From assembly GCA_963715985.1 (NCBI GenBank), contig CAVQSP010000015.1, positions 32,001 through 96,000 on the forward strand: 64,000 nucleotides of DNA, written 5' to 3'. A model generated the notes under the pieces. The model was given only the letters and a program-made list of their open reading frames with translations, was not told the origin of the DNA and made no database searches. Below are positions 42,941 to 54,337 of this stretch, in pieces. This DNA comes from an uncultured Thermoleophilia bacterium (GTDB taxonomy: Bacteria; Actinomycetota; Thermoleophilia; UBA2241). Each line of letters starts with the position of its first letter. Within the stretch, counting starts at the first letter, position 1. The translations under genes were made by a program, and so were the position numbers.

Positions 42941-43798
42941 TCACCACGGGACTGCGGTCGCTTTCACCATGCCGGCATAGAAGGTGCCGTCCTCGCCGAG
43001 CAGCAACAAGCTGGTCTCGGCGGGCAGATCCGTCGTCGTCACGGTCACGGAGACCTTGGGGGAGAAGAGCAGCGGCCAGCGCTGCTCGGCCTCCTGTACC
43101 GCCTCGAGGCTCGAGTGCGTCTGGACGATGAGCCGTGGCTTCACCTGCTCCATGAGGTCGAAGCCCTTCTTGTTGTCCACGTCCATCTGGCTGAACGAGT
43201 TCTCGAACTGCATGACGGCGATGTCCACGTCGCCGATCGCCTCGAGCTGCTCCGGCGTCAGCGAATCCTGGCCGAGGTCGCCGAAGTGGACGATGCGCAT
43301 GCCTCCCATGTCGATGACGAAGATGTAGTCGCTGCCTCCCTCCGGCACGATGGGGTCGCCCTGGGAGTGAGCCGCGGGAATGGAGAGGATCCTCGCCGCG
43401 GAGGTGTCCAGCTCGCCGGCCTTCACGAAGAGCTGCTCGCCGGGGAAGTCGGCGCGGAAGTCGGCAGACACGTGGTCGTCGTGCGCGTGCGTGGTGAGCA
43501 GCACGTCTTCAGACGTAGCCGGCGCGGACAGCGCCTCCGGGTTCCAGACGTCGACGAGGACGCGGGCGCCGCCGTTCGCGCTCAGCTCCACCTGGGCGTT
43601 GCCCCCGTAGCCGATCGTCACCGCGCCGGAGGAAGAACCCGGAACGGGTGTGGCCGGAGCGGAGGCCGGCGCTGACGAAGCCGTCGAGCCGGCTGAGGCA
43701 GGCTCACCTCCGCCGACCTGCCCTCCTCCGCAGCCCGCCGCCAGAGCGGCCAGCGCCAGCAGCGCCCAAGTCGCGACCGCCATGCACTGCACCTTCAC
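42941..43798 (-). CDS. MBL-fold metallohydrolase lipoprotein
   Basis: Lipobox LAAGC, a low-complexity linker, and THAHDDH, AAH and HFGDLG motifs. Confidence 0.8.
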   Translation of the reverse strand: MKVQCMAVATWALLALAALAAGCGGGQVGGGEPASAGSTASSAPASAPATPVPGSSSGAVTIGYGGNAQVELSANGGARVLVDVWNPEALSAPATSEDVLLTTHAHDDHVSADFRADFPGEQLFVKAGELDTSAARILSIPAAHSQGDPIVPEGGSDYIFVIDMGGMRIVHFGDLGQDSLTPEQLEAIGDVDIAVMQFENSFSQMDVDNKKGFDLMEQVKPRLIVQTHSSLEAVQEAEQRWPLLFSPKVSVTVTTTDLPAETSLLLLGEDGTFYAGMVKATAVPW

Positions 43799-43845
43799 AC
43801 GGCACCCCTTTCGTCAGCACACCCGACAGGTACTCGCGGCGGGCC

Positions 43846-45055
43846 TCAGGCCACCGCGAGCGCCTGCTCCAGGTCGGCGATCAGGTCGCCGGCGTCCTCG
43901 ATGCCCACCGAGTAGCGGATCAGCCCCTCCGGGATGCCCATCGCCTCGCGCTCCTCAGGGCTGCACTCCACGTGGCTCGTGGTGGCCGGCGGGCCGGCGA
44001 CCGTCTCCACGGCGCCCAGGTTGGCGGCGCGGTGGGCCAGGCGCAGCCTGGGCAACACGCGCCGCACGGCCTCGAAGCCGCCGTCCAGCATGAAGCTGAG
44101 TACGCCGCCGTAGCCGCGCATCTGACGGACGGCGACGTCGTGGTCCAGATGGCTCTCGAGGCCCGGGTAGTTGACCTTGACGACCCCGGGCCTGCCCTCC
44201 AGCCAGCCGGCGATGCGCAGGGCGCTCTCGTTCTGGCGCGCGATGCGCAGGGCCAGCGTCTTCATGCCGCGCAAGAGCAGATAGGCGGCCATCGGGTCGA
44301 GCGATGCCCCGGTGATCTCGCGGTAGTGGTACACCTTGGCCACGAGGTCGGGAGCGCCGCAGTATCACGCCGCCGAGCGCGTCGGCGTGCCCGCCGAGGA
44401 ACTTGGTGGCGCTGTGGACGACGAGGTCCACGCCCAGCGCCAGCGGGTTCTGGTTGATCGGCGTGGCGAAGGTGTTGTCGGCCAGCACGACGGCGCCCGC
44501 CTCGTGCCCCGCGACGGCCAGCCGGGCGATGTCCAGCACCTTCAGCGTCGGGTTGGTGGGCGTCTCCAGGTACAGCAGGTCGCAGCCACGCGCGACGGCC
44601 GCCTCGATCTCCTCGTGATCGCTCGTGTCGATGAGGTCCACTACCACGCCGATGCGCGGCAGGAAGTCGACGAACATCTGGTTGGTCCCTCCGTACGTGT
44701 CCTTGACCGAGACGACGCGGTCGCCGGGGCCGAGCAGGGCGAAGAGGCTGTTGCTGATGGCGGCCATGCCCGTGGCGAAGCTGGTGGCCGCCTCCCCGCC
44801 CTCGAGCACCCGCACCTTCTCCTCGAAGGCCTGGGTGGTCGGGTTGGTGTTGCGTGAGTAGATGTGACCGGGCGCCTTGCCCTGCGCCACCTCGAGCCAC
44901 GCGTCGACGTCCGCATAGCCGTAGGCGGCGCTGTAGACCACGGGCACCTGCGTGGCGCCCTGCACCAGATACTCGTCCTCGCCGGCCCACACGGCCTGCG
45001 TGTCGCGTGAGATCCGGGCAACGTTCGGCTCGGATGCTGCGGGTGTGTCGCTCAT
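43846..45055 (-). CDS. Cystathionine gamma-synthase/lyase family PLP enzyme (frameshift near 44360)
   Basis: YSRNTNPT, FATGMAAI, ETPTNP, DNTFATP, HSATKFLGGH; the C-terminal half (RGMKTL...AANLG...IRYSVGIED) is in the adjacent frame. Confidence 0.88.
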
Positions 45056-45139
45056 GCTCGCGCCCCTCCTGGATCGGCTGCCTGAAAGGGAGTCTACCGC
45101 AGGCTCATGGGGCCAAAGGCCGGCGACCTCCCCCGCCGC

Positions 45140-45170
45140 TTGACCCTACCGCTACGTGAGGGTCTACCCT
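45140..45170 (+). promoter_or_regulatory. MerR/TipA-type promoter with 19-bp spacer and operator dyad
   Basis: TTGACC-N19-TACCCT with a GACCCT...AGGGTC dyad across the spacer. Confidence 0.8.
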
Positions 45171-45181
45171 GAGCACGGGAG

Positions 45182-45949
45182 GTGAACGACGTGGCTCACA
45201 CAATCGGCGAGGTCGCGCGGCTGGCTCACGTGAGCGTGCGCACGCTGCACCACTACGACGAGATCGGCCTGCTCCGCCCGTCGGCGCGCAGCGAGGCCGG
45301 CTACCGCCTGTACTCGGAGGACGACCTCGCGCGCCTGCAGCAGGTGTTGCTGTACCGCGAGCTCGGCCTCCCGCTGCGCGACATCGGCGTCCTCATGTCG
45401 GACCCCGCCTTCGAGCGCCGGGGGGCCCTGCTGCGGCAGCGGTCGCAGCTGGCGGCGCGCGAGCGTCGGCTGCGAGCGATGATCGACCTCATCGACAGGA
45501 CCCTGGCGACCACAGGAGGCGCCGCGACCATGACCCACGAGGAGATGTTCGAGGTGTTCGGCGCCTTCGACCCCGCCGCGCACGAGGCCGAAGCCGAGCA
45601 GCGATGGGGCGGCGGCGGCGCCTACGAGGAGTCGCGGAGGCGTACCAAGGCCTACACCAGGACGGACTGGCTCCGCTTCAAGCAGGAGAGCGATGAGGTG
45701 AGCTGGGCGCTGGCGGCGCTCACGGACGAGGGCGCACGCCCGGACGACCCCCGCGCCCTCGAGCTCGCCGAGCGGCACCGCCTGCTCATCGACCGCTGGT
45801 TCTACCCGTGCTCACGGGAGATGCACGCCGCCCTCGGCGAGATCTACGTGGCCGACCCGCGCTTCACGGCGACGTACGACGCGGTCCGCCCGGGTCTGGC
45901 GAAGTACGTCCGCGACGCGACCTCCGCGGCACTCGAGCACGGGGGCTGA
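45182..45949 (+). CDS. MerR-family regulator with TipAS antibiotic-recognition domain
   Basis: TIGEVA, VSVRTLHHYDEIGLL, GYRLY; C-terminal EAEQRWG, FYPCS, YVADPRF. Confidence 0.92.
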   Translation: MNDVAHTIGEVARLAHVSVRTLHHYDEIGLLRPSARSEAGYRLYSEDDLARLQQVLLYRELGLPLRDIGVLMSDPAFERRGALLRQRSQLAARERRLRAMIDLIDRTLATTGGAATMTHEEMFEVFGAFDPAAHEAEAEQRWGGGGAYEESRRRTKAYTRTDWLRFKQESDEVSWALAALTDEGARPDDPRALELAERHRLLIDRWFYPCSREMHAALGEIYVADPRFTATYDAVRPGLAKYVRDATSAALEHGG

Positions 45950-46018
45950 ACGGCGGCAGCGACGCGGAGCTGACGCGCCGTCAGGCAGGGGCGGCGGCCT
46001 CGCCGGGCTGACGCGCCG

Positions 46019-47140
46019 TCAGGCCGTGGCGGCGCCGACCGCAGCGCGCGGAGCCAGCAGTAGCGAGGCCGTCAGGCCGAGGAAGGATCCGTATCTGGCC
46101 GCCTCGGCCTCCAGCGCCTCGAGTTGCGGGGCGGTGAACTCCTGCCGGAGCGCGGCCTCGACGACGACGCCGTCCGGCTTCACCGTGCGGCGCCAGAACC
46201 CGGCGAGGCGCCCGTCCAGCAGGATCACCAGCCTGAACACCGGTGGCGCAGCCGGCGACCACCCGGAGCCCGGAGGGGCCACGATGCGCCGGGACTCGCT
46301 GTAGCCCATGATGTACTCGTCGTAGCCCTGCAGCAGGCGGACAGACGGACTGCGGAGTCGCGGTCCGGCACCGTGGCCGGCAGCCACCCAGAAGCTGAAT
46401 CCGCCGATGACCTCGCGTCGCACGCCGGGCCCGGCGGCGTCGAGCGCCGCCCGCACCTCGGCGAGGGTCAGGCTCGCCCATGTCGCGAAGTCCTTCTCCG
46501 TCGCCGGACCATGGCTGCCGAAGTACCGGCGCGCAAGCTCGGCCAGCGCCTCGTCACGCGGCAGGTCGCGCGCGTCCGGCGCCCGCTCCTCGAGCAGCGC
46601 GTAGGCGTGCTGCGCACCACGGCGCGGGCCGCTGCAGATCAGCCCGTCCAGCTCCGCGTTCATGAGGATGTAAGGCAGGCGCTGACCGGCCGCGTCCACG
46701 CCGCCGCGCTCCAGCAGGGCTGCGACCTCGGCGCGGGTCAGCAGGTTCCCGCCGCGCAGGGCGCCCACGAGCAGGGCGGCACTGCGGGCCAGCGTGTCCG
46801 CGTCCAGGCCCAGCTGCCGGAAGCGCGGCGCGTCGCGCAGCCGGATCCGGGGCGCCGTCGCGGTGAGCAGCCAGCGGATGTCGGCCGGCAGCACGAAGTG
46901 CCAGGTCGGTCGCAGCACGTGGGTGCGCAAAATGGCGCCCTCGGACAGGAGCCGCTCGATACCCCCGTCTGTGGCGCCGGCGGTACGGCTGCCGATGGCC
47001 CACTTGGCGGGACCGTAGTCCTGCGCCTGGATGGCGACGAGGCCGCCGACCACGTCCTCGGGGGTGCGAAAGGGTCTCCCGGTCAGGTGCAGCGCGCCCA
47101 GCCGGCGCCGTACCACTCCACCGGTGCAGTCGGCATCCAT
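46019..47140 (-). CDS. HTH_42 winged-helix protein, AlkZ-like DNA crosslink glycosylase
   Basis: IQAQD (QxQ), RTHVLRPTWHFV, GPATEKDFATWASL, YDEYIMGY. Confidence 0.82.
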   Translation of the reverse strand: MDADCTGGVVRRRLGALHLTGRPFRTPEDVVGGLVAIQAQDYGPAKWAIGSRTAGATDGGIERLLSEGAILRTHVLRPTWHFVLPADIRWLLTATAPRIRLRDAPRFRQLGLDADTLARSAALLVGALRGGNLLTRAEVAALLERGGVDAAGQRLPYILMNAELDGLICSGPRRGAQHAYALLEERAPDARDLPRDEALAELARRYFGSHGPATEKDFATWASLTLAEVRAALDAAGPGVRREVIGGFSFWVAAGHGAGPRLRSPSVRLLQGYDEYIMGYSESRRIVAPPGSGWSPAAPPVFRLVILLDGRLAGFWRRTVKPDGVVVEAALRQEFTAPQLEALEAEAARYGSFLGLTASLLLAPRAAVGAATA

Positions 47141-47171
47141 GCCGGTCGCCTCCCCGGTGCGGGCGCCGGAG

Positions 47172-48413
<1,242 letters not shown>

Positions 48414-48458
48414 GTGGCACCTCGTACACCCTGCGCTCGTTGCCGGCCGGGCGTCAGT

Positions 48459-49226
48459 CTACGCGCTGGTACGCCGGGCGACGACCTCCAGCGCGCCGGC
48501 GATGCGGTCCAGCACCGGCACGCGGCTGAGCCTTTCGTCCACGGCGATCAGCTCGCGGGCACAGCGGCTGTATGCCGTGCGCAGGCGCTCGGGCATGCCG
48601 GTGAGGTTGCGCGGCACCAGGTTGGTGCGGCGCAGCGTCTCGACCTCGAAGCCCGTCTGCCGAAGCATCGTGGTGATCTCCGCCGCCGTGAACCTGCGCG
48701 GATGGCCCTCGCCGAGCTGTAGCCGCCGCACGAGCGCCTCCTGCCAGGCGCGCCGTTGGGGCAGCTGGTAGATCAGCAGCCGGCCGCCCGGGCGCAGCAC
48801 CCTGCGCAGCTCCCGCAGCGAGACGAGCTCGTTGCCCGGCACGCTGTACTGGTCGACGTGCTCAAGCACGCCGCAGCTCAGCACGGCGTCGAAGCTGCCG
48901 CCGGCGAAGGGCAACTCCGTCGGGTGCGTGGAGCGCACCACCTCGAGGCCGCGGCACAGCGGGATGTCGGGCAGCGCCGCCGCGGGATCGCCGATGTCGA
49001 ACGCGGTCACGCGGAAGCCTCTGCGTCGCAGCAGGTAGGTCATCTGCCCCCAGCCGCAACCCCAGTCCAGGAGATCGCCGGGCGGTACGCGCGTTGCGAT
49101 GTCGTCGGCGATCCTGAGGTAGCTGAGGATGCCGATCGGCTGATCGAGGTGGATGAAGTCCGGCAGCCCCAGGGCCTTGGCGGCCCGGGCGTTGGCCAGC
49201 AGGAAGTCGAAGTCCGGGTCGGTCAC
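48459..49226 (-). CDS. Class I SAM-dependent methyltransferase
   Basis: LLDWGCGWG, LPFAGGSFDAV, VLEHV, RVLRPGG. Confidence 0.88.
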   Translation of the reverse strand: MTDPDFDFLLANARAAKALGLPDFIHLDQPIGILSYLRIADDIATRVPPGDLLDWGCGWGQMTYLLRRRGFRVTAFDIGDPAAALPDIPLCRGLEVVRSTHPTELPFAGGSFDAVLSCGVLEHVDQYSVPGNELVSLRELRRVLRPGGRLLIYQLPQRRAWQEALVRRLQLGEGHPRRFTAAEITTMLRQTGFEVETLRRTNLVPRNLTGMPERLRTAYSRCARELIAVDERLSRVPVLDRIAGALEVVARRTSA

Positions 49227-49257
49227 GCAGCCTCCGCGCGCCCATGGGGCGCGGGCG

Positions 49258-49737
49258 CTACCCGCGCCCGCGCCCCATCGCGATCGTCCCCGTGCGCACG
49301 ACCTCGAGCACGCCGAGCGGCTGCAGCAGCGCCAGCAGCGCCTCGAGCTTGTCGTTGGTGCCCACCACGCGCAGGGTGATGGACTTGCGGTCCACGTCCA
49401 CGATCTTGGCCTTGAAGATCTCGGCGATCTGCAGCGCCTCGGTGCGTTTGTCGCCCTCGCCGGCCACGCGCACCAGCAGCAGTTCCGCGGAGACGGAGCT
49501 CGCGGCCTCGAGGTCGCGGATCTTGACCACGTTGATGAGCTTGTGCAGCTGCTTGGTGACCTGGTCCACCGGGTGCTCGTCGCCGTCGATGACGATGGTG
49601 ACGCGCGAGAGCTGCGGGTCTTCGCTGACGCCGACGGCGAGGCTCTCGATGTTGAAGCCGCGGCGCGCGAACAGCCCGGCCACGCGCGTGAGCACGCCGG
49701 GCTTGTTCTCCACGAGGACGGAGAGCGTGTGCTTCAC
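49258..49737 (-). CDS. ilvN: Acetolactate synthase small subunit
   Basis: LSVLVENKPGVLTRVAGLFARRGFNIESL, KQLHKLINV, EVVRTG. Confidence 0.96.
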   Translation of the reverse strand: MKHTLSVLVENKPGVLTRVAGLFARRGFNIESLAVGVSEDPQLSRVTIVIDGDEHPVDQVTKQLHKLINVVKIRDLEAASSVSAELLLVRVAGEGDKRTEALQIAEIFKAKIVDVDRKSITLRVVGTNDKLEALLALLQPLGVLEVVRTGTIAMGRGRG

Positions 49738-51455
49738 GGCTTCCTCCTCTTCTGCGAGGTGCCGCCGATCATCTCGGTGATCTCGCTGCCGGCCGGCACC
49801 ATCGGGAACACGTTCTCTTCCTGCGACACCTTGAAGTCGATGACGGTGGGGCGGCCGTTGGCGATGGCCTCACGCAGCGCCGGCTCCACCTGGTCCTTCT
49901 CCGTGACCCGCATGCCCACGGCGCCGAACGCCTCGGCGAGCAGCTTGAAGTCGGGCTGGCAGTCGATGCAGGTGAAGGAGTAGCGCTTGTTCCAGAAGAG
50001 GTCCTGCCACTGGCGCACCATGCCCAGATACCCGTTGTTGAGGATGCAGACCACGACGGGCACCTCGAAGCTCACTGCAGTGGCGAGCTCCTGCACGGTC
50101 ATCTGGAAGCCGCCGTCGCCGCAGATGTCGATCACCGTGCGGTCCGGGAGCCCGATCTTGGCGCCGATGCTGGCCGGCAGGCCGAAGCCCATGGTGCCCA
50201 GGCCGCCGGAGCTCACGAACTGCCGCGGGAACGTGTACGTGTAGTACTGCGTGGCCCACATCTGGTGCTGGCCGACGTCGGTGCAGATCACGGCGTCGTG
50301 GGCGGTCACGCGGTCGATCTCCTGGATGACGAACTGCGGGGCCAGCGTACCGTCCGTCGGGTCCTCGTAGTGCAGCGGGAACTCGTCCTTGCGCTCGGCG
50401 ATGCGGGCCAGCCACGGCGCCGTGCGCTCGGGCGACCACTCGAGGCCCTCCAATTCCTTGACCAGGGCGGCGGAGACGTGCTTGGCGTCGCCGACGATGG
50501 GCACGATGGGCGCCACGTTCTTGCCGATCTCGGCCGGGTCGACATCGACATGGACGACGCGCGCGTGCGGCGCGAACGCCTTGAGCTTGCCGGTCACACG
50601 ATCGTCGAAGCGCGCCCCGATGTTGATGAGCAGGTCGCACTCGTGGACGGCGTAGTTGGCCGTCACCGTGCCGTGCATGCCGAGCATGCCCATGGAGAGC
50701 TCGTGCGTCTCGGGGAAGGCGCCAAGGGCCATGAGCGTGGTGGCCACGGGCAGGCGCCGCATCTCCGCCAGGCGCAGGATCTCGGGGGCGGCGTTGGAGC
50801 TGATCACGCCGCCGCCCAGGTAGAGCACGGGCCGCTCGGCCTCGTTGATGACCTTGGCCGCGGCACGGACCTGCTTGATGTGCCCCGTCACGGTGGGCTT
50901 GTAGCCGGGAAGGTCGATCGTCGTGGCCTCGTGGTAGGCCGCCTCGGCGAGCGCGACGTCCACGGGGATGTCGATGACCACCGGACCCGGCCGGCCCGTG
51001 GAGGCGATGTGGAAGGCCTCGTGCACGATGCGCGGCAGGTCGGCCGCGTCCTTGACGAGGTAGGAGTGCTTGACGATCGGCAGGGTCATGCCGGTGATGT
51101 CGGCCTCCTGGAAGGCGTCCGTGCCGATCAGGTCGCTGCGCACCTGCCAGGTGATGGCGACCAGCGGCGAGGAGTCGAGATACGCGGTGGCGATGCCGGT
51201 CACCAGGTTGGCCGCTCCGGGACCGCTGGTGGCCGTGCACACGCCCACCTTGCCGGTGGCGCGGGCGTAGCCGTCGGCGGCGTGCGCGGCGCCCTGCTCG
51301 TGGCGCACCAGCACGTGCCGCAGCCCGGAGTCGTAGAGGGCGTCGTAGAACGGGATGGCGACGCCGCCCGGGTACCCGAAGAGCACGTCGACGCCCTCGT
51401 GCTCGAGGGCCGCCACGAGGGCTCTGGAACCTTTCATCTTCTTGTCTGGAGTCAT
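49734..51455 (-). CDS. ilvB: Acetolactate synthase large subunit
   Basis: [57 protein letters not shown]. Confidence 0.97.
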   Translation of the reverse strand: MTPDKKMKGSRALVAALEHEGVDVLFGYPGGVAIPFYDALYDSGLRHVLVRHEQGAAHAADGYARATGKVGVCTATSGPGAANLVTGIATAYLDSSPLVAITWQVRSDLIGTDAFQEADITGMTLPIVKHSYLVKDAADLPRIVHEAFHIASTGRPGPVVIDIPVDVALAEAAYHEATTIDLPGYKPTVTGHIKQVRAAAKVINEAERPVLYLGGGVISSNAAPEILRLAEMRRLPVATTLMALGAFPETHELSMGMLGMHGTVTANYAVHECDLLINIGARFDDRVTGKLKAFAPHARVVHVDVDPAEIGKNVAPIVPIVGDAKHVSAALVKELEGLEWSPERTAPWLARIAERKDEFPLHYEDPTDGTLAPQFVIQEIDRVTAHDAVICTDVGQHQMWATQYYTYTFPRQFVSSGGLGTMGFGLPASIGAKIGLPDRTVIDICGDGGFQMTVQELATAVSFEVPVVVCILNNGYLGMVRQWQDLFWNKRYSFTCIDCQPDFKLLAEAFGAVGMRVTEKDQVEPALREAIANGRPTVIDFKVSQEENVFPMVPAGSEITEMIGGTSQKRRKP

Positions 51456-53113
51456 TGAAGCACTGCTCCCTTCTCCGCACCGGAGACGAGTTTGACGTAG
51501 CGGGCGAGGTACCCGGATACGCCGTCGCGCGGCGTGATGGGCGGCTGTGCCGCCCTGCGCCGCGCGATCTCCTCCTCGGAGACGTCGAGCGTGAGGGAGC
51601 GAGCGGGGATGTCGATGCTGATGGTGTCGCCGTCCCGCACGAGGCCGATGACGCCGCCGGCGAAGGCCTCGGGGGCCACGTGGCCGATGGCGGCGCCGCG
51701 CGTGGCGCCGCTGAAGCGCCCGTCGGTGATGAGAGCGACGTCCTTGTCGCGGCCCTGGCCGGCGAGCATGGACGTGGCGCTGAGCATCTCGGGCATGCCG
51801 GGAGCGCCCTTGGGGCCCTCGCCGCGGATGACGACCACGGAGCCGTCGGCGATGTCGCGGGCCGAGATGGCGGCCACGGCCTCCTTCTCGCTCTCGAAGA
51901 CGCGCGCCGGGCCGGTGTGGCGCAGCATCTCGTCGGCCACCGCGCCCTCCTTCACCACGGCGCCCTCGGGCGCGAGGTTGCCGAACAGCACGGCGAGACC
52001 GCCGGTGGCGTGCCACGGGCGGTCGAGCGGGCGGATGACCTCGTCGTCGAGCACGCGGGCGCCGGCCACGGCCTCGCCCACGGTGCCGCCGGCCACGCTG
52101 AGCGCCGAGCCGTCCATGAGGCCGGCGGCGATGAGGCGGTTCATGACCGCCTGGATGCCGCCGGCGAAGTACAGGTCTTCCATGTGATGGGTGCCGGCCG
52201 GGGCGATCTTGCAGATGTGCGGCACCCTGGCCGCCACCTCGTTGATCTGCCGCAGGTCGAACTCCAGCCCGGCCTCGGTGGCGATGGCCGCCAGGTGCAG
52301 CACGGTGTTGGTGCTGCAGCCCAGGCTGGCGTCGGCGGCCAGGGCGTTGCCCACGGCCGCGTCCGTGAAGATGTCGCGCGGCCGCCGGTCGGCGGCGAGC
52401 ACGTCCATGATCTTCTCACCGGTCTGCTTGGCGAAGCGGATGCGCTCGCTGTACGGGGCCGGGATGGTGCCGTTGCCGGGCAGCGCCATGCCGGTGATCT
52501 CGGCGAGACAGTTCATCGAGTTCGCGGTGAACATCCCGGAGCACGAGCCACAGGTGGGGCAGGCACCGCACTCGATGGCCTTGAGCTCGTCGTCGTCGAT
52601 GGTACCGGCCTGGTGCTGGCCCACGGCCTCGAACACGCTGTTGAGGTCGAGGGTGCGCTTCTCGAGGCGGCCGGCCAGCATGGGACCGCCGCCGACCATG
52701 ATGGCGGGCACGTTGAGGCGCATCGCCGCCATGAGCATGCCGGGGACGATCTTGTCGCAGCACGGCACGAGCACGATGGCGTCGAAGGCATGGGCGATGG
52801 TCATCGACTCCACGGTGTCGGCGATGAGCTCGCGGCTGGGCAGCGAGTAGTTCATGCCCAAGTGGTTCATGGCGAGGCCGTCGCAGATGCCCATCACGCC
52901 GAACTCCATGGGCACGCCGCCGGCCGAGCGCACGCCGGCCTTGACCGCCTCGACGATGCCACCGAGGTGCATATGGCCGGGCACGACCTCGCTGTAGGCG
53001 TTGGCGATGCCGATGAACGGGCGCTCCATCTCGGCGTCGCTCACGCCCAGGGCCCGCAACAGCGAGCGATGAGGCGCGCGCGCCACGCCGCGCTTGATCT
53101 CGTCGCTTCTCAC
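51452..53113 (-). CDS. ilvD: Dihydroxy-acid dehydratase
   Basis: [56 protein letters not shown]. Confidence 0.97.
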   Translation of the reverse strand: MRSDEIKRGVARAPHRSLLRALGVSDAEMERPFIGIANAYSEVVPGHMHLGGIVEAVKAGVRSAGGVPMEFGVMGICDGLAMNHLGMNYSLPSRELIADTVESMTIAHAFDAIVLVPCCDKIVPGMLMAAMRLNVPAIMVGGGPMLAGRLEKRTLDLNSVFEAVGQHQAGTIDDDELKAIECGACPTCGSCSGMFTANSMNCLAEITGMALPGNGTIPAPYSERIRFAKQTGEKIMDVLAADRRPRDIFTDAAVGNALAADASLGCSTNTVLHLAAIATEAGLEFDLRQINEVAARVPHICKIAPAGTHHMEDLYFAGGIQAVMNRLIAAGLMDGSALSVAGGTVGEAVAGARVLDDEVIRPLDRPWHATGGLAVLFGNLAPEGAVVKEGAVADEMLRHTGPARVFESEKEAVAAISARDIADGSVVVIRGEGPKGAPGMPEMLSATSMLAGQGRDKDVALITDGRFSGATRGAAIGHVAPEAFAGGVIGLVRDGDTISIDIPARSLTLDVSEEEIARRRAAQPPITPRDGVSGYLARYVKLVSGAEKGAVLQ

Positions 53114-53327
53114 GATTCCCTCATCCTCTCCGCGCACTCGGGGACGGCCGAGGCCACTCTGGCGCCGACCGTGAATGCAGAATGATACCCGAAACCGTCC
53201 GCTCACCGTGAAGCCGGACCGCTCACAGCGACGTGCGCGCGCCCTGCGCGAGCGCACGCGGGATTGGCCGCCGCTCCCCGTGGGCATCGTAGCCCTGAGT
53301 GCCGACAGCGGCGCGGATGCATGGAGA

Positions 53328-53345
53328 TATACCCCCGTGGGTATA
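53328..53345. promoter_or_regulatory. CsoR/RcnR-type operator
   Basis: TATACCC-CCGT-GGGTATA dyad with a C/G tract, upstream of DUF302-trxA. Confidence 0.65.
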
Positions 53346-53377
53346 CGTGGTCATCCCCGTCCTCCAGGAGGTTCGCC

Positions 53378-53770
53378 ATGGACTCAGTCATGTACGGTAT
53401 CGGGCGAGAGCTCGCCGAACCGTTCGATTCAGCGCTGCCGCGCGTGCTCGACGCACTCAAGGCAGAGGGTTTCGGCGTCATCACCGAGATCGACGTGCAG
53501 CAGACCATGAAGGAGAAGCTCGGCGTCGACGGCAGACCACACCGCATCCTCGGCGCCTGCAACCCCAAGCTCGCGCACGCCGCCATGGAAGTAGAGCCGG
53601 ACCTCGGCGTGCTGCTTCCGTGTAACGTCGACGTCTACGAGGTCGACAGTGGCACGCGTGTGGTGGCGATCAATGCCGGCGCCATGATGGGCATGATCGG
53701 CAACGAGGCACTCACGCCCATCGCCGATGAGGTGCAGACCCGGCTGGGTCGCGTCCTCGAGAGCCTGTGA
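53378..53770 (+). CDS. DUF302 domain protein
   Basis: GFGVITEIDV, ILGACNP, GVLLPCNV; SD AGGAGG. Confidence 0.88.
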   Translation: MDSVMYGIGRELAEPFDSALPRVLDALKAEGFGVITEIDVQQTMKEKLGVDGRPHRILGACNPKLAHAAMEVEPDLGVLLPCNVDVYEVDSGTRVVAINAGAMMGMIGNEALTPIADEVQTRLGRVLESL

Positions 53771-53825
53771 CCTGTACACGCGAGATCAAGGCGGGGCCGT
53801 CCCGCCGCGCCAAGGAGGAGTCAAG

Positions 53826-54146
53826 GTGAGCGAAGTCAAGACCCTGACCGACGCGACGTTCGACGACGAGGTGAGCAAGTCCGCGACCCCGATGATCGTG
53901 GACTTCTGGGCGCCCTGGTGCGGCCCGTGCCGCATGGTCGGCCCCGTCATCGACCAGATCGCCGAAGAGCACGCCGGCAAGGTGACCATAGGCAAGGTCA
54001 ACGTCGATGAGAACCCCGGCACCGCCGGCAAGTACGGCATCATGAGCATCCCCACGATCATCCTCTTCAAGGATGGCGAGCCCGCCAAGAAGGTCATCGG
54101 GGCGCGCTCGAAGGCCGATTTCGAGCGCGAGTTCGAGCTGGTCTAA
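53826..54146 (+). CDS. trxA: Thioredoxin
   Basis: VDFWAPWCGPCRM, KVNVDENP, IMSIPT; SD AAGGAGG. Confidence 0.96.
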   Translation: MSEVKTLTDATFDDEVSKSATPMIVDFWAPWCGPCRMVGPVIDQIAEEHAGKVTIGKVNVDENPGTAGKYGIMSIPTIILFKDGEPAKKVIGARSKADFEREFELV

Positions 54147-54337
54147 GCGAGGGCCGACAGGCCCACCGAGTGAACGGGCGGCCGCAGGCCGGCCGTTCGC
54201 GCGTGGGCGGATCTATGGGCGTCCGGCACTCCGCGAGGACGCTCCCTGCCTGCCCTCGTCTCGCGTAGAATCGCTGCGGGACGCTGAGCTGCTTCGCGAG
54301 GTCGAGGCTCAAGTGCTACTCGGGTCACGAGGGGGAT

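Noticed and set aside
45969-46024. Two copies of gctgacgcgccgtcaggc between tipA and the alkZ-like gene
   Set aside because: Only two short copies with a 20-nt gap and no cas genes, so not a CRISPR array; probably small terminator hairpins or a local duplication.
53114-53300. Search for an ilvD leader peptide or T-box
   Set aside because: No Ile/Leu/Val-rich small ORF or T-box motif seen; only a -10-like TATCAT.
54262-54274. 13-nt identity (tcgcgtagaatcg) with the IS110 upstream end
   Set aside because: Centred on a -10 TAGAAT box upstream of the cyclase gene; no further IS similarity, so likely coincidence.
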